Shown: positions 9,195-19,551 of the stretch, one piece after another | How positions within the stretch are numbered: position 1 is the stretch's first letter | Layout: every line of letters starts with the position of its first letter | Assembly (NCBI GenBank): GCA_029939785.1 | Contig: JAOZSG010000006.1 | Coordinates: forward strand, 1 to 25,731 | Length of the DNA stretch: 25,731 nucleotides | Reading direction: 5' to 3' | DNA from: Fidelibacterota bacterium | GTDB taxonomy: Bacteria > Fidelibacterota > UBA2242 > JAFGTP01 | Program-made: the position numbers and the translations under genes | Notes under the pieces: model-generated | What the model was told of the DNA's origin: nothing | What the model saw: only the letters and a program-made list of their open reading frames with translations | The model's database searches: none

Positions 9195-10445
9195 CTAATT
9201 TTTTTTTGTGGCATTTCTTAAAAAAGCCGGAATACCAAGTTGTTCATGGTCTTTATATTTCTTATTATAAAAAGTTACTTTACTTTCCTTTGATTTTACT
9301 TTTCCAGATATTAATTCAGTATTTAATTTATTTTCTTCACTTGATATTATATTTTGTTCAATGTTATCCATTTCAATAATATCCAATTGTTTATCTTTAG
9401 GAACCTCAAAGGGTAAATTACTAATTGATTTTTCAGATTCCTGCTCTTCGATAATAATATCATCTATTTTATCTTGTTTAATATTTTTCGGATTAAAACC
9501 GGTTGCAATTACAGTTATCATAATCTCATCTTCCAGTTTTACATCTTCAACAGCACCTACAATGATATCTGCATCTGTTCCAGCTTCTTCTGTAATAATT
9601 CTACATGCTTCATCATATTCAATAAGTTTTAGATCTTTACCACCCGTGATATTAATTAATATACCTGTTGCTCCTTTTATACTTCTATCATTAAGAAGAG
9701 GACTTGAAATAGCTTGTTGAGCTGCAAGTATAGCGCGTTCTTCACCAGTCGCTACACCAGTACCCATTATTGCATCACCTTTATCTTTCATTATACTTCT
9801 GACATCTGCAAAATCTAAATTCATCAAACCATGATTATTAATCAAATCAGATATTCCTTTAGTTGCCTGATATAATATACTGTCTGCAGTACGAAATGCT
9901 TCTCGCAATCCAGTATTTCTATCTACAATGTTTATCAATCTTTGATTAGGAATTGCTATTAAAGTATCAACATTCTCTTTTAATTCCATTAAACCTTTTT
10001 CTGCTTGCTCTTTCCTGTTTTTTCCTTCAAAATCAAAGGGCATTGTAACAATTCCAACTGTTAAACAATTTTGGTTTTTTGCAATTTTTGCTATCAAAGG
10101 CGACGCTCCTGTTCCTGTGCCACCACCCATTCCGGCAGTAATAAAAACCATATCTGCATTACCTATTGCTTGCTCTAGTCCGTGAGTATCCGCTAATAAG
10201 GCATTCTGTCCAACAGTATTTTTTCCACCGGCTCCTAAGCCTCTTGTAAGTTCTTTCCCAATTTGAATTTTTGTCTTCGCTTTACTATCTTCCAGATCCT
10301 GGGCATCAGTATTTACAGAAATAAAATCAACTCCATCCAAACCGGCTTCAATCATCCTATTCACAGCATTACCACCTGCTCCGCCAACACCAACAACTTT
10401 TAACCGTGCTCTCTGATCGATTGTTTCATCAAATTCAAATTTCAT
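9195..10445 (-). CDS. ftsZ: Cell division protein FtsZ
   Basis: VVGVGGAGGNAVNRM, AGMGGGTGTG tubulin signature, NLDFADV T7 loop, acidic linker, C-terminal IPAFLR. Confidence 0.99.
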   Translation of the reverse strand: MKFEFDETIDQRARLKVVGVGGAGGNAVNRMIEAGLDGVDFISVNTDAQDLEDSKAKTKIQIGKELTRGLGAGGKNTVGQNALLADTHGLEQAIGNADMVFITAGMGGGTGTGASPLIAKIAKNQNCLTVGIVTMPFDFEGKNRKEQAEKGLMELKENVDTLIAIPNQRLINIVDRNTGLREAFRTADSILYQATKGISDLINNHGLMNLDFADVRSIMKDKGDAIMGTGVATGEERAILAAQQAISSPLLNDRSIKGATGILINITGGKDLKLIEYDEACRIITEEAGTDADIIVGAVEDVKLEDEIMITVIATGFNPKNIKQDKIDDIIIEEQESEKSISNLPFEVPKDKQLDIIEMDNIEQNIISSEENKLNTELISGKVKSKESKVTFYNKKYKDHEQLGIPAFLRNATKKN

Positions 10446-10467
10446 AATTTAATACCCTCCGTTTATC

Positions 10468-11721
10468 TTATGATATTTTTTTTATATATGATTTAATTTT
10501 TTGCCAAAAATTAGTTGATTTTTCAACAAAAGCATAGATTCTTTTAGGTTTATTTTCTATTGCAAACTTTAATAAACCTATTAATGCTGAATATTCAGGT
10601 AATGATAATTCATCTTCAAATCCTTTAAATCCTTTTGGAAAAGCTAAACGTGTTGAACTTTTGAATATTTTATCTGCTAACTCTTCGCATCCTCTTACTG
10701 TTGCACCTCCACCAGTCAAACAAATTACAGGATTAATTCCTTCAATAATATCTGCATTATTTGCTTCAAGCATTGCATCTTGTAAAATCTCTTCCATTCT
10801 TGCTTTTATATATTTTGCCAAACTAATATTATCAATATCCTTTTTATTTCTGCCAGCCAAACCTTTAAATTCAATTACTTCTCTTTTTGGAATAATAGTA
10901 TCTTCAGCCCAACCATAATCTTTTTTTACTTGTTCTGCATTTTCATGTGTAATTTTTAGCATGTATGATATGTCATTGGTCACACTATTACCTGCATTAT
11001 TTACAGTTCCAGTATGATAAACACTATTCTTATAAAAAACAATGACATCAGTAATTCCATATCCAATATCAAGCAAAATTGTGCCAAGTTCTTTTTCATC
11101 TTTATCCAAAGTACTGTATGAAGAAGCCAAAGATTGTAAAACATATCGTTCGATATTTAAACCAGCTTTATTTATACATTTTGTCAAATTACTTACAGAA
11201 ATTACATTATAAGTAGAAAGATGTACCTTAACCTCAAGTCTCCTGCCATTAAGATTAATAGGATTTTTTATACCATGTTGACTATCTATAATATATTCTT
11301 TTTCAAAAAGATGAAGTATTTCTCGTTCTGAATGAAGTGGAAAACCTTTAGTATGCTCTAAAACTTTTCTAACATCGCTTTGTATAATTTCTCTAGGTTC
11401 ACCTAAACCAGGTGTATTTTCCTTTGATACTGAGATTCTTCCATTCGTATCAATTCCTCTAATATGATCTCCTGTTATTCCAACATAACAATTTTCAATT
11501 AATAATCCTGACATTTTTTCAGCAATTCTCTTCGCTTCTTTAATTGCTTTGGTTGCTTCTTCTACATCTGATATTAATCCTTTACTTATTCCTCTCGCTG
11601 GTACTTCACCATACCCTCGAATTATAGGTTCTTTCATTTCTTCATTAACTTCTGCAACTGCAATTCTGATCTTTGATGATCCAATATCCAGAGCTGCAAT
11701 TTGTCTTGTATTCATTTTCAT
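10468..11721 (-). CDS. ftsA: Cell division protein FtsA
   Basis: ALDIGSSKI, LLDIGYGITDV and LTGGG actin-fold motifs, amphipathic C-terminus, directly upstream of ftsZ. Confidence 0.97.
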   Translation of the reverse strand: MKMNTRQIAALDIGSSKIRIAVAEVNEEMKEPIIRGYGEVPARGISKGLISDVEEATKAIKEAKRIAEKMSGLLIENCYVGITGDHIRGIDTNGRISVSKENTPGLGEPREIIQSDVRKVLEHTKGFPLHSEREILHLFEKEYIIDSQHGIKNPINLNGRRLEVKVHLSTYNVISVSNLTKCINKAGLNIERYVLQSLASSYSTLDKDEKELGTILLDIGYGITDVIVFYKNSVYHTGTVNNAGNSVTNDISYMLKITHENAEQVKKDYGWAEDTIIPKREVIEFKGLAGRNKKDIDNISLAKYIKARMEEILQDAMLEANNADIIEGINPVICLTGGGATVRGCEELADKIFKSSTRLAFPKGFKGFEDELSLPEYSALIGLLKFAIENKPKRIYAFVEKSTNFWQKIKSYIKKIS

Positions 11722-11728
11722 TGAAACT

Positions 11729-12481
11729 TTATTCCTTTACAATGATTTGATTTTTCCATCTTAAATCCAAATATTTATAATCACTTAATCTTCTGCTTCC
11801 TGCAATAACATTTTGAAATTGTGCTAAAATCTTCATTTTTTTACTATAATTTTTCCCACCAAGAAATATGGGATTTCCACTATCAACATTATATAAATTA
11901 AGTTCATCTTTTTTTCTATTATATTGTATTTCTGAAATTGTCATAAATAATGCTTTTAGATTTGTATATGACGAGATTACAATATTTGTGATTTCGGAAA
12001 TTTTTGGCACACTAACAATTTTACCTAAATGTAAATTATAAGTCGAATCAGAAAAACCTGATATAATTGGCAATTCGTTGATAATTACTTCTTCTGGCAT
12101 TGGTAAAAGTATATTTTCCTGATCTATCAAAAACAATTCATCAACATTGAGATAAGCAATTGGAATTCTTTCATTAATTTGAATATTGATTTTATTTGGA
12201 TAAACCTTACTAACCCATGCGGCCTTAACATAGGGAATAACCTCAATATTATTTTGAGTAGTCTGAATATCAATTTTCCGAATATTGTTCCCTTTATACA
12301 AATTACTTACTGATAAAATTTGATCATCTGTCAACAGATTTGTTCCTGAAATAATTACTGTATCCAGACCAAAAAAGTTTGAATATTCACACCAGGACAA
12401 TGTACTCCTAAAAAATGTAACAACACAGCCTACACTAATTATTAGAAAAATGATCCTTTTTATTTTTATTTTTTCAAACAT
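11729..12481 (-). CDS. ftsQ: Cell division protein FtsQ/DivIB
   Basis: N-terminal TM helix, POTRA-like ISGTNLL...PYVKAAWVSKVYPNKINIQINERIPIA, C-terminal YLDLRWKNQIIVK; upstream of ftsA. Confidence 0.92.
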   Translation of the reverse strand: MFEKIKIKRIIFLIISVGCVVTFFRSTLSWCEYSNFFGLDTVIISGTNLLTDDQILSVSNLYKGNNIRKIDIQTTQNNIEVIPYVKAAWVSKVYPNKINIQINERIPIAYLNVDELFLIDQENILLPMPEEVIINELPIISGFSDSTYNLHLGKIVSVPKISEITNIVISSYTNLKALFMTISEIQYNRKKDELNLYNVDSGNPIFLGGKNYSKKMKILAQFQNVIAGSRRLSDYKYLDLRWKNQIIVKE

Positions 12482-13592
12482 TTTTATTTATACTTTTTAA
12501 AATATCATTCACAATTTCTTTTGCTGCATTAGGTTTTGATAATGCTCTGGCGTTTTCAGACATTCCTTTCATTCTTCTTTTATCATTAAATATTTCATTA
12601 ATGTGATTCGAAATATTCTGAATATTTAAATTTTTTTGTAATAATACAATACCAGCTTGTTGATTCTCCAAACTTCGTGCGTTTTTCTCCTGATGGTTTC
12701 CGGCAGCTGTTGGTAGAGGTATCAATATAGATGGTTTACCAAACAAACATATTTCAGCAAGAGTTAAAGCCCCTGCTCTACTTATTATCATATCAGATGC
12801 AGAGTATGCAAAATCCATATTATAAATAAAGGGTGATATATGTAAATATTTATTTTTTCCATATTTTGAATATATTTTATCAAAATCTGCCGGTCCGGTT
12901 TGCCAAATAAATTGACAATCAATTTTTTCCAGTAATTCTTCTATATTTTCATATAAAAAATTATTTATTGGTCTTGATCCCTGACTGCCACCAAATACGA
13001 ATAATGTTCTTTTCCCAGGAATGAGTTTAAAAAAATCTAAACTTTTTCCTTTCGGTTTTTCTTTTAATGAAATTCTTAACGGTGTACCAAAAAATTTAAT
13101 ATTTTTCAAATATTTTTCTGATTCACGATAAGAAACATATATTGTATTTGAGTATTTTGATAGCATCCTTATAGTCACACCAGGAAAAGCATTCTGTTCC
13201 TGAAGAAAAATCGGGATTTTCAATTTTGCCGCGACATAAATAGCAGGACCTGAAGCATAGCCACCGGTACCAATTGCAATATCCGGTTTAAATTTGTTAA
13301 TAAGTATGAATGATTGTACAAAACTAATTACTATTCTAAATGGTGCCAGTAAATTAATTTTGATTGAGCGAAATGAAAAATCTCGCTGAAATCCTTTTAT
13401 CCATATTTTACCAAAATTATAACCTAATTTAGGAACTAATCTGCTCTCTATTCCATAACTAGATCCAATGAACAGTTCCTCCATATTTTCACCTAACTGT
13501 GATTTAAATTCTTCACACAAAGCAATTGCCGGATAAAGATGTCCCCCGGTACCTCCACCTGAAAATAATATTTTTATTTTTTTATTAATCAT
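12474..13592 (-). CDS. murG: Lipid I GlcNAc transferase MurG
   Basis: GGGTGGHLYPA, GTGGYASGP, QEQNAFPG, GGSQGS, SRAGALT, NHQEKNA. Confidence 0.98.
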   Translation of the reverse strand: MINKKIKILFSGGGTGGHLYPAIALCEEFKSQLGENMEELFIGSSYGIESRLVPKLGYNFGKIWIKGFQRDFSFRSIKINLLAPFRIVISFVQSFILINKFKPDIAIGTGGYASGPAIYVAAKLKIPIFLQEQNAFPGVTIRMLSKYSNTIYVSYRESEKYLKNIKFFGTPLRISLKEKPKGKSLDFFKLIPGKRTLFVFGGSQGSRPINNFLYENIEELLEKIDCQFIWQTGPADFDKIYSKYGKNKYLHISPFIYNMDFAYSASDMIISRAGALTLAEICLFGKPSILIPLPTAAGNHQEKNARSLENQQAGIVLLQKNLNIQNISNHINEIFNDKRRMKGMSENARALSKPNAAKEIVNDILKSINKNV

Positions 13593-14700
13593 TTATAATA
13601 ACCAATTTTTCATCATTGATTTTTTGCTGATGTTGTCTTGATATATTAAGAACAATTCCAACAGCAATAAAATTATATATCATCGAAGAACCACCGTAAC
13701 TGATAAAAGGTAATGGTAAACCTGTGACTGGAAATATTCCACAAACAACTCCAATATTTATTAATGCATATATAAAAATACTCACAGACAATCCTACACC
13801 AACAAGAGTACCAAAAATATCAGAAGACCTAAAAGAAATTTTCATTCCTTTTATAAAAATATATATAAATATAATCAATAGTAACATCGCTCCAATAAAT
13901 CCAAATTCCTCTCCAAAAATTGCAAATATAAAATCTGTATTCGCCTCAGGCAAAAAGTGATTTTTTCCGATACTATCACCAAGTCCTGCACCCCAAACAC
14001 CACCATTTCCAAGACAAAGGTATGATTGATAAAGTTGATATCCTGCTCCCTGAATATCCTGCTCAGGATTCATATATGAAAAGACTCTTTTTATTTTATA
14101 TGGTGAATGAATTATTGATACAAAAGCGAATAACAGAAATAAAAAACCAAAAATCATAAGATGTTTCATTTTGGTTCCACCAATAAACATAATCATAACT
14201 GCAATTGCGGCCGTTACTGCACTAGTACTGAAATCAGGTTCAAGTACAATCAAAAATAGAAATACAAAAAGAACTATCGTAAGAGGTAAAAACCCATTCT
14301 TAAAATCATGTAATTCCTCCTGATGATTTTCAAAAAAAGTGGCAAAATAAATGATCAATGCAAATTTTGCAAATTCAGCAGGTTGTATTTTAATTGGTCC
14401 GATAGGTAACCAGCGACACACATGAGTATGACTATCTTTGAAAAATAATACTGCAACAAGTGAAATGATGGATAAAACCGCCACTACTAATGATATTTTT
14501 TTTAAAAATTTATAATTAATAAATAAGAAAAACAGCCCAATAATAATTCCAATACCAATTCTCATTAAATGTCTCACCATAAAATAATTAGGATCTTTTC
14601 CAAGTTTTGAACTTGCACTATATTGAATAATAAATCCAATACAAATAAGTAAACCTGTTGCAAATAAAAATCCTTTGTCAAATTTTTTTGTTCTATACAT
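13585..14700 (-). CDS. ftsW: SEDS peptidoglycan polymerase FtsW
   Basis: Multi-TM protein; RWL...IQPAEFAK, EPDF, GYQL.QS, LPEANTDFIFAIFGEEFG, PVTGLPLPFISYGGSS. Confidence 0.96.
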   Translation of the reverse strand: MYRTKKFDKGFLFATGLLICIGFIIQYSASSKLGKDPNYFMVRHLMRIGIGIIIGLFFLFINYKFLKKISLVVAVLSIISLVAVLFFKDSHTHVCRWLPIGPIKIQPAEFAKFALIIYFATFFENHQEELHDFKNGFLPLTIVLFVFLFLIVLEPDFSTSAVTAAIAVMIMFIGGTKMKHLMIFGFLFLLFAFVSIIHSPYKIKRVFSYMNPEQDIQGAGYQLYQSYLCLGNGGVWGAGLGDSIGKNHFLPEANTDFIFAIFGEEFGFIGAMLLLIIFIYIFIKGMKISFRSSDIFGTLVGVGLSVSIFIYALINIGVVCGIFPVTGLPLPFISYGGSSMIYNFIAVGIVLNISRQHQQKINDEKLVIIND

Positions 14701-14770
14701 TATTATTCCCGAAAAAAACTAATCACTTCATTAAATATCTCTTATAAAAATTCGACATAAACCCAATTCA

Positions 14771-15874
14771 TTATAAAACTTTAAAACTACTCAAACTCAA
14801 TAAAGCGAGTAAGATACCAACAATCCAAAATCTTATTACTATTTTTTCTTCCGGCATTCCATTTAATTCATAATGATGATGAAGTGGTGCCATTTTGAAA
14901 ATTCTTTTACCTTCACCTGTACGTTTTTTTGTATATTTGAAATAACTTACCTGAATCATTACCGATAAAGCTTCAACAACAAATACTCCCCCAAGTAAGG
15001 CAAATAATATCTCTTTACGTAATAAAATGGCAAGAGTACCAATAGCCCCACCCATTCCAAGAGATCCAATATCACCCATAAATACTTGTGCTGGCTTACT
15101 GTTATACCATAAAAACCCAAGTAAACCACCAGTTAATGCAAGGCAAAATACTGTTAATTCTCCTGAGCCTTCAAGATAAATTGTATTAAGGTAATTACTG
15201 AAATCAATACGACCGGAAACATAACTTATCAAAGCTAATGATAATGCAGCAATACCCATTAATCCGGCAGCTAAACCATCCAATCCATCAGTCAGGTTTA
15301 CAGCATTGGAAGTACCTGTTATCACAAAAACAACAAATGGAATATAAAATATACCAAGATCAATATACATATTTTTTAAAAATGGTATAGAAACAATAGT
15401 GTTGAATTCACTAAACTGAGGTAAAAAATAAATTGTACTGCCAACTATTAAACCTGCTATAATCTGACCAATCATCTTATACCTGGCAATCAAACCCTTT
15501 TTAAATTTTTTAACTACTTTTAAATAATCATCAATAAACCCAATTCCACTCATCCATAATGTTGCAAAAAGTATAAGTAAAATGTAAACATTACTCAAAT
15601 CAGCCCATAAAAGTGTTGGTAATAAAACCGAAAAGAGAATAATTATTCCTCCCATTGTAGGAGTTCCTTTTTTACTTTGATGAGATTTAGGACCATCATC
15701 TCTAATTGTTTCACCTATCTGATTTTTTCTAAGTATTTTTATAATCAACGGACCTATAAAAAAACTTATTATCATTGCAGTAATTGCTGCCATTGCAGCA
15801 CGAAAAGTTATATAACTGAACAAGTTGAATGCTGAAAATTTATCTTTTAACGGGTATAAAAAATTATAAAACAT
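14771..15874 (-). CDS. mraY: Phospho-MurNAc-pentapeptide translocase MraY
   Basis: KKGTPTMGG, GFIDDYLK, NAVNLTDGLDGL, VFMGDIGS, MAPLHHHYE. Confidence 0.99.
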   Translation of the reverse strand: MFYNFLYPLKDKFSAFNLFSYITFRAAMAAITAMIISFFIGPLIIKILRKNQIGETIRDDGPKSHQSKKGTPTMGGIIILFSVLLPTLLWADLSNVYILLILFATLWMSGIGFIDDYLKVVKKFKKGLIARYKMIGQIIAGLIVGSTIYFLPQFSEFNTIVSIPFLKNMYIDLGIFYIPFVVFVITGTSNAVNLTDGLDGLAAGLMGIAALSLALISYVSGRIDFSNYLNTIYLEGSGELTVFCLALTGGLLGFLWYNSKPAQVFMGDIGSLGMGGAIGTLAILLRKEILFALLGGVFVVEALSVMIQVSYFKYTKKRTGEGKRIFKMAPLHHHYELNGMPEEKIVIRFWIVGILLALLSLSSFKVL

Positions 15875-17232
15875 TAGTGAGTAATTCCTTTTATTATTTC
15901 TTCCATTTTTGAGCCTCTCGATCCTTTTACCAAAAGAACATCTGATGGATTTAAATTTTTATTTAATAACGTAATAATATCATCTTTTTCTGAAAAATGA
16001 ATTGCGTTTACCATACCATTTTTTCGGGCTTCTTTTGTTGCATAAAATGATCTTTTGCCTGATGTATAAAAATAATCAATTTTATTTTCTACTATGAATT
16101 TTCCTATTTCACCATGAAGATCATTTTCTCTTTCGCCTAATTCAAGCATATCTCCGAGTATAAAGTATTTCTTACCTTGAGTTTTTATTTTATTTAAGGT
16201 AGTAATTGCAGCTCTTGTTGAATCCGGATTTGCATTATATGAATCATCAATAATTCTACATAATCCCTGAACATTAGCAAATCTCCCGTCTACACTGGTA
16301 TAATTTTCCAATGCGTTTTTAACATCACTAAAAATTACACCAAAATGTAATCCTACACATGCTGCTCCCAAAGCATTATTAGCCTGATATAAACCACAAA
16401 CAGAAAGTTGAATTGTTTCTGAATTATTTATAGAAAATGCAACACATCCATTATCATCAATTGATACAATTTTTCCATAATAATCTAATTTTTTTGATGT
16501 AAAACCATATTTTATACAATTCACAGCAGGTTTAAATTCTTTAATATATTTATCATCATAATTAATAAATGCTGTTCCATCTTTGGTTAAATTATCAAAT
16601 AATTCTCTTTTTTCCTTTGCAACTCCTTCAATATTATGTAAAAATTCAATATGCCCCTGCCCGATATTTGTTATAAGTCCATAATTTGGTTTTCCAATAT
16701 CACAGAGTATTTTTATTTCACCAAAGCCACTAGTCCCCATCTCCAGAATAGAAAAATCATATGAATCATTCAGAGTCATTATTGTCATTGGAAGTCCAAG
16801 ATGGTTATTCAAATTTCCTTTTGTAGAATGCACATTATATTTTTTATTTAAAATTTCTCTGATCATAGAACGGGTAGTTGTTTTGCCACTTGTTCCGGTG
16901 ATTCCTAAAAATGGTATATCAAAACTTTTTCTAACAACTTTCGCTAATTTTTGCAGAGCCAATTCAGGTGAAGAAACAATCCAAAGTGGATAGTTGGAAA
17001 AATCAGATGAATTGTTTTGAAACCATTCCTCAGACACAATGCTAAATGCTGCACCATTATCACTTGCCTTTGCAATAAAATTATGACCGTCTGTGTTTTC
17101 ACCCTTTAGAGCAACAAAAATTACATTTTGTGTAATTTGCCGACTATCAATCGAAACTGCAGTCCCATAATCTGAAAAATTTATCACTTTCCCATATTTA
17201 ATTTTTAATATCAAATCCTTATTAATATTCAT
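15874..17232 (-). CDS. murF: UDP-MurNAc-tripeptide:D-Ala-D-Ala ligase MurF
   Basis: IDSR, FVALKGENTDGH, GITGTSGKTTT, GNLNNHLGLP, EMG...GEI, IIDDSYNANPDS, GDMLELG and LVKGSRG are MurF-type motifs. The MurE DYAHTP and MurC DDYAHHP motifs are absent. Confidence 0.95.
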   Translation of the reverse strand: MNINKDLILKIKYGKVINFSDYGTAVSIDSRQITQNVIFVALKGENTDGHNFIAKASDNGAAFSIVSEEWFQNNSSDFSNYPLWIVSSPELALQKLAKVVRKSFDIPFLGITGTSGKTTTRSMIREILNKKYNVHSTKGNLNNHLGLPMTIMTLNDSYDFSILEMGTSGFGEIKILCDIGKPNYGLITNIGQGHIEFLHNIEGVAKEKRELFDNLTKDGTAFINYDDKYIKEFKPAVNCIKYGFTSKKLDYYGKIVSIDDNGCVAFSINNSETIQLSVCGLYQANNALGAACVGLHFGVIFSDVKNALENYTSVDGRFANVQGLCRIIDDSYNANPDSTRAAITTLNKIKTQGKKYFILGDMLELGERENDLHGEIGKFIVENKIDYFYTSGKRSFYATKEARKNGMVNAIHFSEKDDIITLLNKNLNPSDVLLVKGSRGSKMEEIIKGITH

Positions 17233-17273
17233 TTATAAAATCTTTCAAGATTTATTTATCTTCATTATCTATT

Positions 17274-19265
17274 TCATGAAGAAAGATCAACAATACAAAC
17301 AGTTCCATTTTTTACAATTTTCCCTCGCGAAACACTTTGTTTCTGTACTTTACCAGAACCTCTGATTATCATGTGTAATCCACAGGATTGACCTACTGTC
17401 AATGCTTTTTGCATACTCATTTTTCTAAAATCAGGAACTTTAATCATTCCACTATTATTATCAACTTTTGATATAAATTGATTTCCCTTTCTCGGTAAAG
17501 TTTTTTTGACAATCTCATTTTCTAAAGTTGTCGTTACTATATTACTATTTTGTTTATTTTTCTTATTCTTCTTATTTGTTAACATTATTGTATTGGATAA
17601 ATTTGTAATTCTTGTAAAAACATTTTTAACAACCGGGGCAGATACTGTACCACCATAATGATTAGGACCTTTAGGATTATCTACAACTACAACACAAACA
17701 AGTTGGGGATTTTCTGCCGGAAAAAATCCTGCAAAAGATGCAATATACTCAGATTTGCTATATTTACCATCTACAACTTTCTGTGCTGTTCCTGTTTTTC
17801 CGGCTATATTCATACCTCGAACATTAGCCTTTGTTCCGGTTCCACTTTTCACTGTATGTAATAGTAATTTTCGAATAATTTCCATTGTATTTTCTGATGC
17901 AACTCTCCGAATAACTTTCTTTTTATTTATACTAATTTTTCCAGTTGGTTTTATAATTGATTTAACTATTTGTGGCTTTAACAATTCTCCTCCGTTAGCA
18001 ATAGCAGAGTAAGCCATTGCAAGTTGCAGAGATGTACAGGTTATTCCATGCCCCATAGCAACCTGAGCAAGTCTTAAATCAGTCCATTTTTTTAGACTTA
18101 CAAGTTGTCCCGGCACTTCACCTGGAAAATCAATATTAGTTTTTGCTCCAAATCCAAATTTTAAAATGTATGTGAACAATTCAGACTTCCCTAATTTTTG
18201 TGCGACTTTAATTGTCCCTACATTACTACTATGTTTAATTACATCAGCAAAAGAAAGATTGGGATAAACTTCATGATCATGAATTTTTCTGGTTTGGACA
18301 ATAATATATCCTTTCTCAGTTTCAATAGTATCTTCCGGAGTAACTGATTTTTCTTCTAAAGCTGCTGTAGCTGCAACTATTTTAAATGTTGAACCGGGCT
18401 CAAATATATCGGTAACTAAAATATTTTTTCGACTTGAAACATTGTAATCCAGAGTATGATTCGGATCAAATAATGGAATACTGGCAACTGCTCTAATTTC
18501 ACCTGTTGCCGGATCAACTATAATACCCATTGCATTGTCTGCATCAAACTTTTCAAATGCAGCATATAATTCCTGTTGAAGAATCGCCTGATATTCATGA
18601 TCTAAAGTTAAAATTATATCAGAACCATCAATTGCCGGTTTTTTGTTAAAATCCGGACGGAATGTTTTTTTTCCTTTACCATCTTTTTCTAAAATCTGAA
18701 AACCCGGAGTACCTGACAATTCCGAATTAAATTCCTTTTCAAGTCCACTTAAACCATTGTTATCGACATTTGTAAACCCGAGAAGCTGTCCAGATAACTC
18801 ATTAAAAGGATATTCACGATGATTTTTTTCATAAATAATAATATTTTTATTATTTTTATATTTTTTAAATAATTCATTACCTATGCTTTTAGGAACATTT
18901 CTTTCAAGCCATACAAATTTCTGACCTGATTTTAATTTTTTAAGATATTGTTGATAATTTGTATTGAACGTCTTTGCAAATTCTTTTGCTAATCTTGTCT
19001 TATACTTTATTTGAAGAGGATGTGCTGCAAAAGAATAATGAATAGTGTTTATAGCCAGAGGTTTATGATTTCTGTCAAAAATTGTGCCTCTGCCTGATTC
19101 TAAAGTTTTTTTATACTCAGATTGTTTACGTGAAATATTACGATAATGTTCATTATTAGTGACCTGGATGGAAAATAATTTACCAACAATTACAATCCAC
19201 ACCAAAACTAAGAAAAAACTTAAAAAATAGATTCTTTTTTTTATATTTGATTTTATAATTTCCAT
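17274..19265 (-). CDS. ftsI: Class B PBP FtsI/PBP3 with a C-terminal PASTA-like domain
   Basis: N-terminal TM, RGTIFDR, R.YP, GLSGLE, EPGSTFK (SxxK), SSN (SxN), GKTGTAQ (KTG), C-terminal VPDF...GSGKVQKQS. Confidence 0.96.
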   Translation of the reverse strand: MEIIKSNIKKRIYFLSFFLVLVWIVIVGKLFSIQVTNNEHYRNISRKQSEYKKTLESGRGTIFDRNHKPLAINTIHYSFAAHPLQIKYKTRLAKEFAKTFNTNYQQYLKKLKSGQKFVWLERNVPKSIGNELFKKYKNNKNIIIYEKNHREYPFNELSGQLLGFTNVDNNGLSGLEKEFNSELSGTPGFQILEKDGKGKKTFRPDFNKKPAIDGSDIILTLDHEYQAILQQELYAAFEKFDADNAMGIIVDPATGEIRAVASIPLFDPNHTLDYNVSSRKNILVTDIFEPGSTFKIVAATAALEEKSVTPEDTIETEKGYIIVQTRKIHDHEVYPNLSFADVIKHSSNVGTIKVAQKLGKSELFTYILKFGFGAKTNIDFPGEVPGQLVSLKKWTDLRLAQVAMGHGITCTSLQLAMAYSAIANGGELLKPQIVKSIIKPTGKISINKKKVIRRVASENTMEIIRKLLLHTVKSGTGTKANVRGMNIAGKTGTAQKVVDGKYSKSEYIASFAGFFPAENPQLVCVVVVDNPKGPNHYGGTVSAPVVKNVFTRITNLSNTIMLTNKKNKKNKQNSNIVTTTLENEIVKKTLPRKGNQFISKVDNNSGMIKVPDFRKMSMQKALTVGQSCGLHMIIRGSGKVQKQSVSRGKIVKNGTVCIVDLSS

Positions 19266-19267
19266 TA

Positions 19268-19537
19268 TTATTTATTTATTACCACTAATAATGTTTCCGG
19301 AGCAGGAATAACCATATCCAGTTTTAAAGATGCAATCTGTTTAATTCTATCCGCTCTTGATAATTTTTCGATTTCAATTGTAATAGTTTGATTCTCATTT
19401 ATCAATCTATCCTGTTGTATTTCCAATATACTGATATTATCAATTAACATATCTATTTTATTCCGTTTCCAAATATATAAAAACAAAGAAGATATAATCA
19501 ACACTCCCATTATTAACAATTTTATATGTTTACTCAT
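19268..19537 (-). CDS. ftsL: Cell division protein FtsL
   Basis: 89 aa with a short cytoplasmic N-terminus, TM helix, coiled coil and LSRADRIKQIA...L.M..P; lies between rsmH and ftsI. Confidence 0.85.
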   Translation of the reverse strand: MSKHIKLLIMGVLIISSLFLYIWKRNKIDMLIDNISILEIQQDRLINENQTITIEIEKLSRADRIKQIASLKLDMVIPAPETLLVVINK

Positions 19538-19551
19538 AATACACTCTACTC

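Noticed and set aside
11729-12481. Absence of murB, ddl and lpxC from the dcw cluster
   Set aside because: These genes are frequently located outside the cluster, so their absence is not informative by itself.
17551-17580. 9-bp AATAAGAAR-like microrepeat encoding NKKNKKNK in the FtsI linker
   Set aside because: Low-complexity Lys/Asn linker typical of AT-rich genomes.
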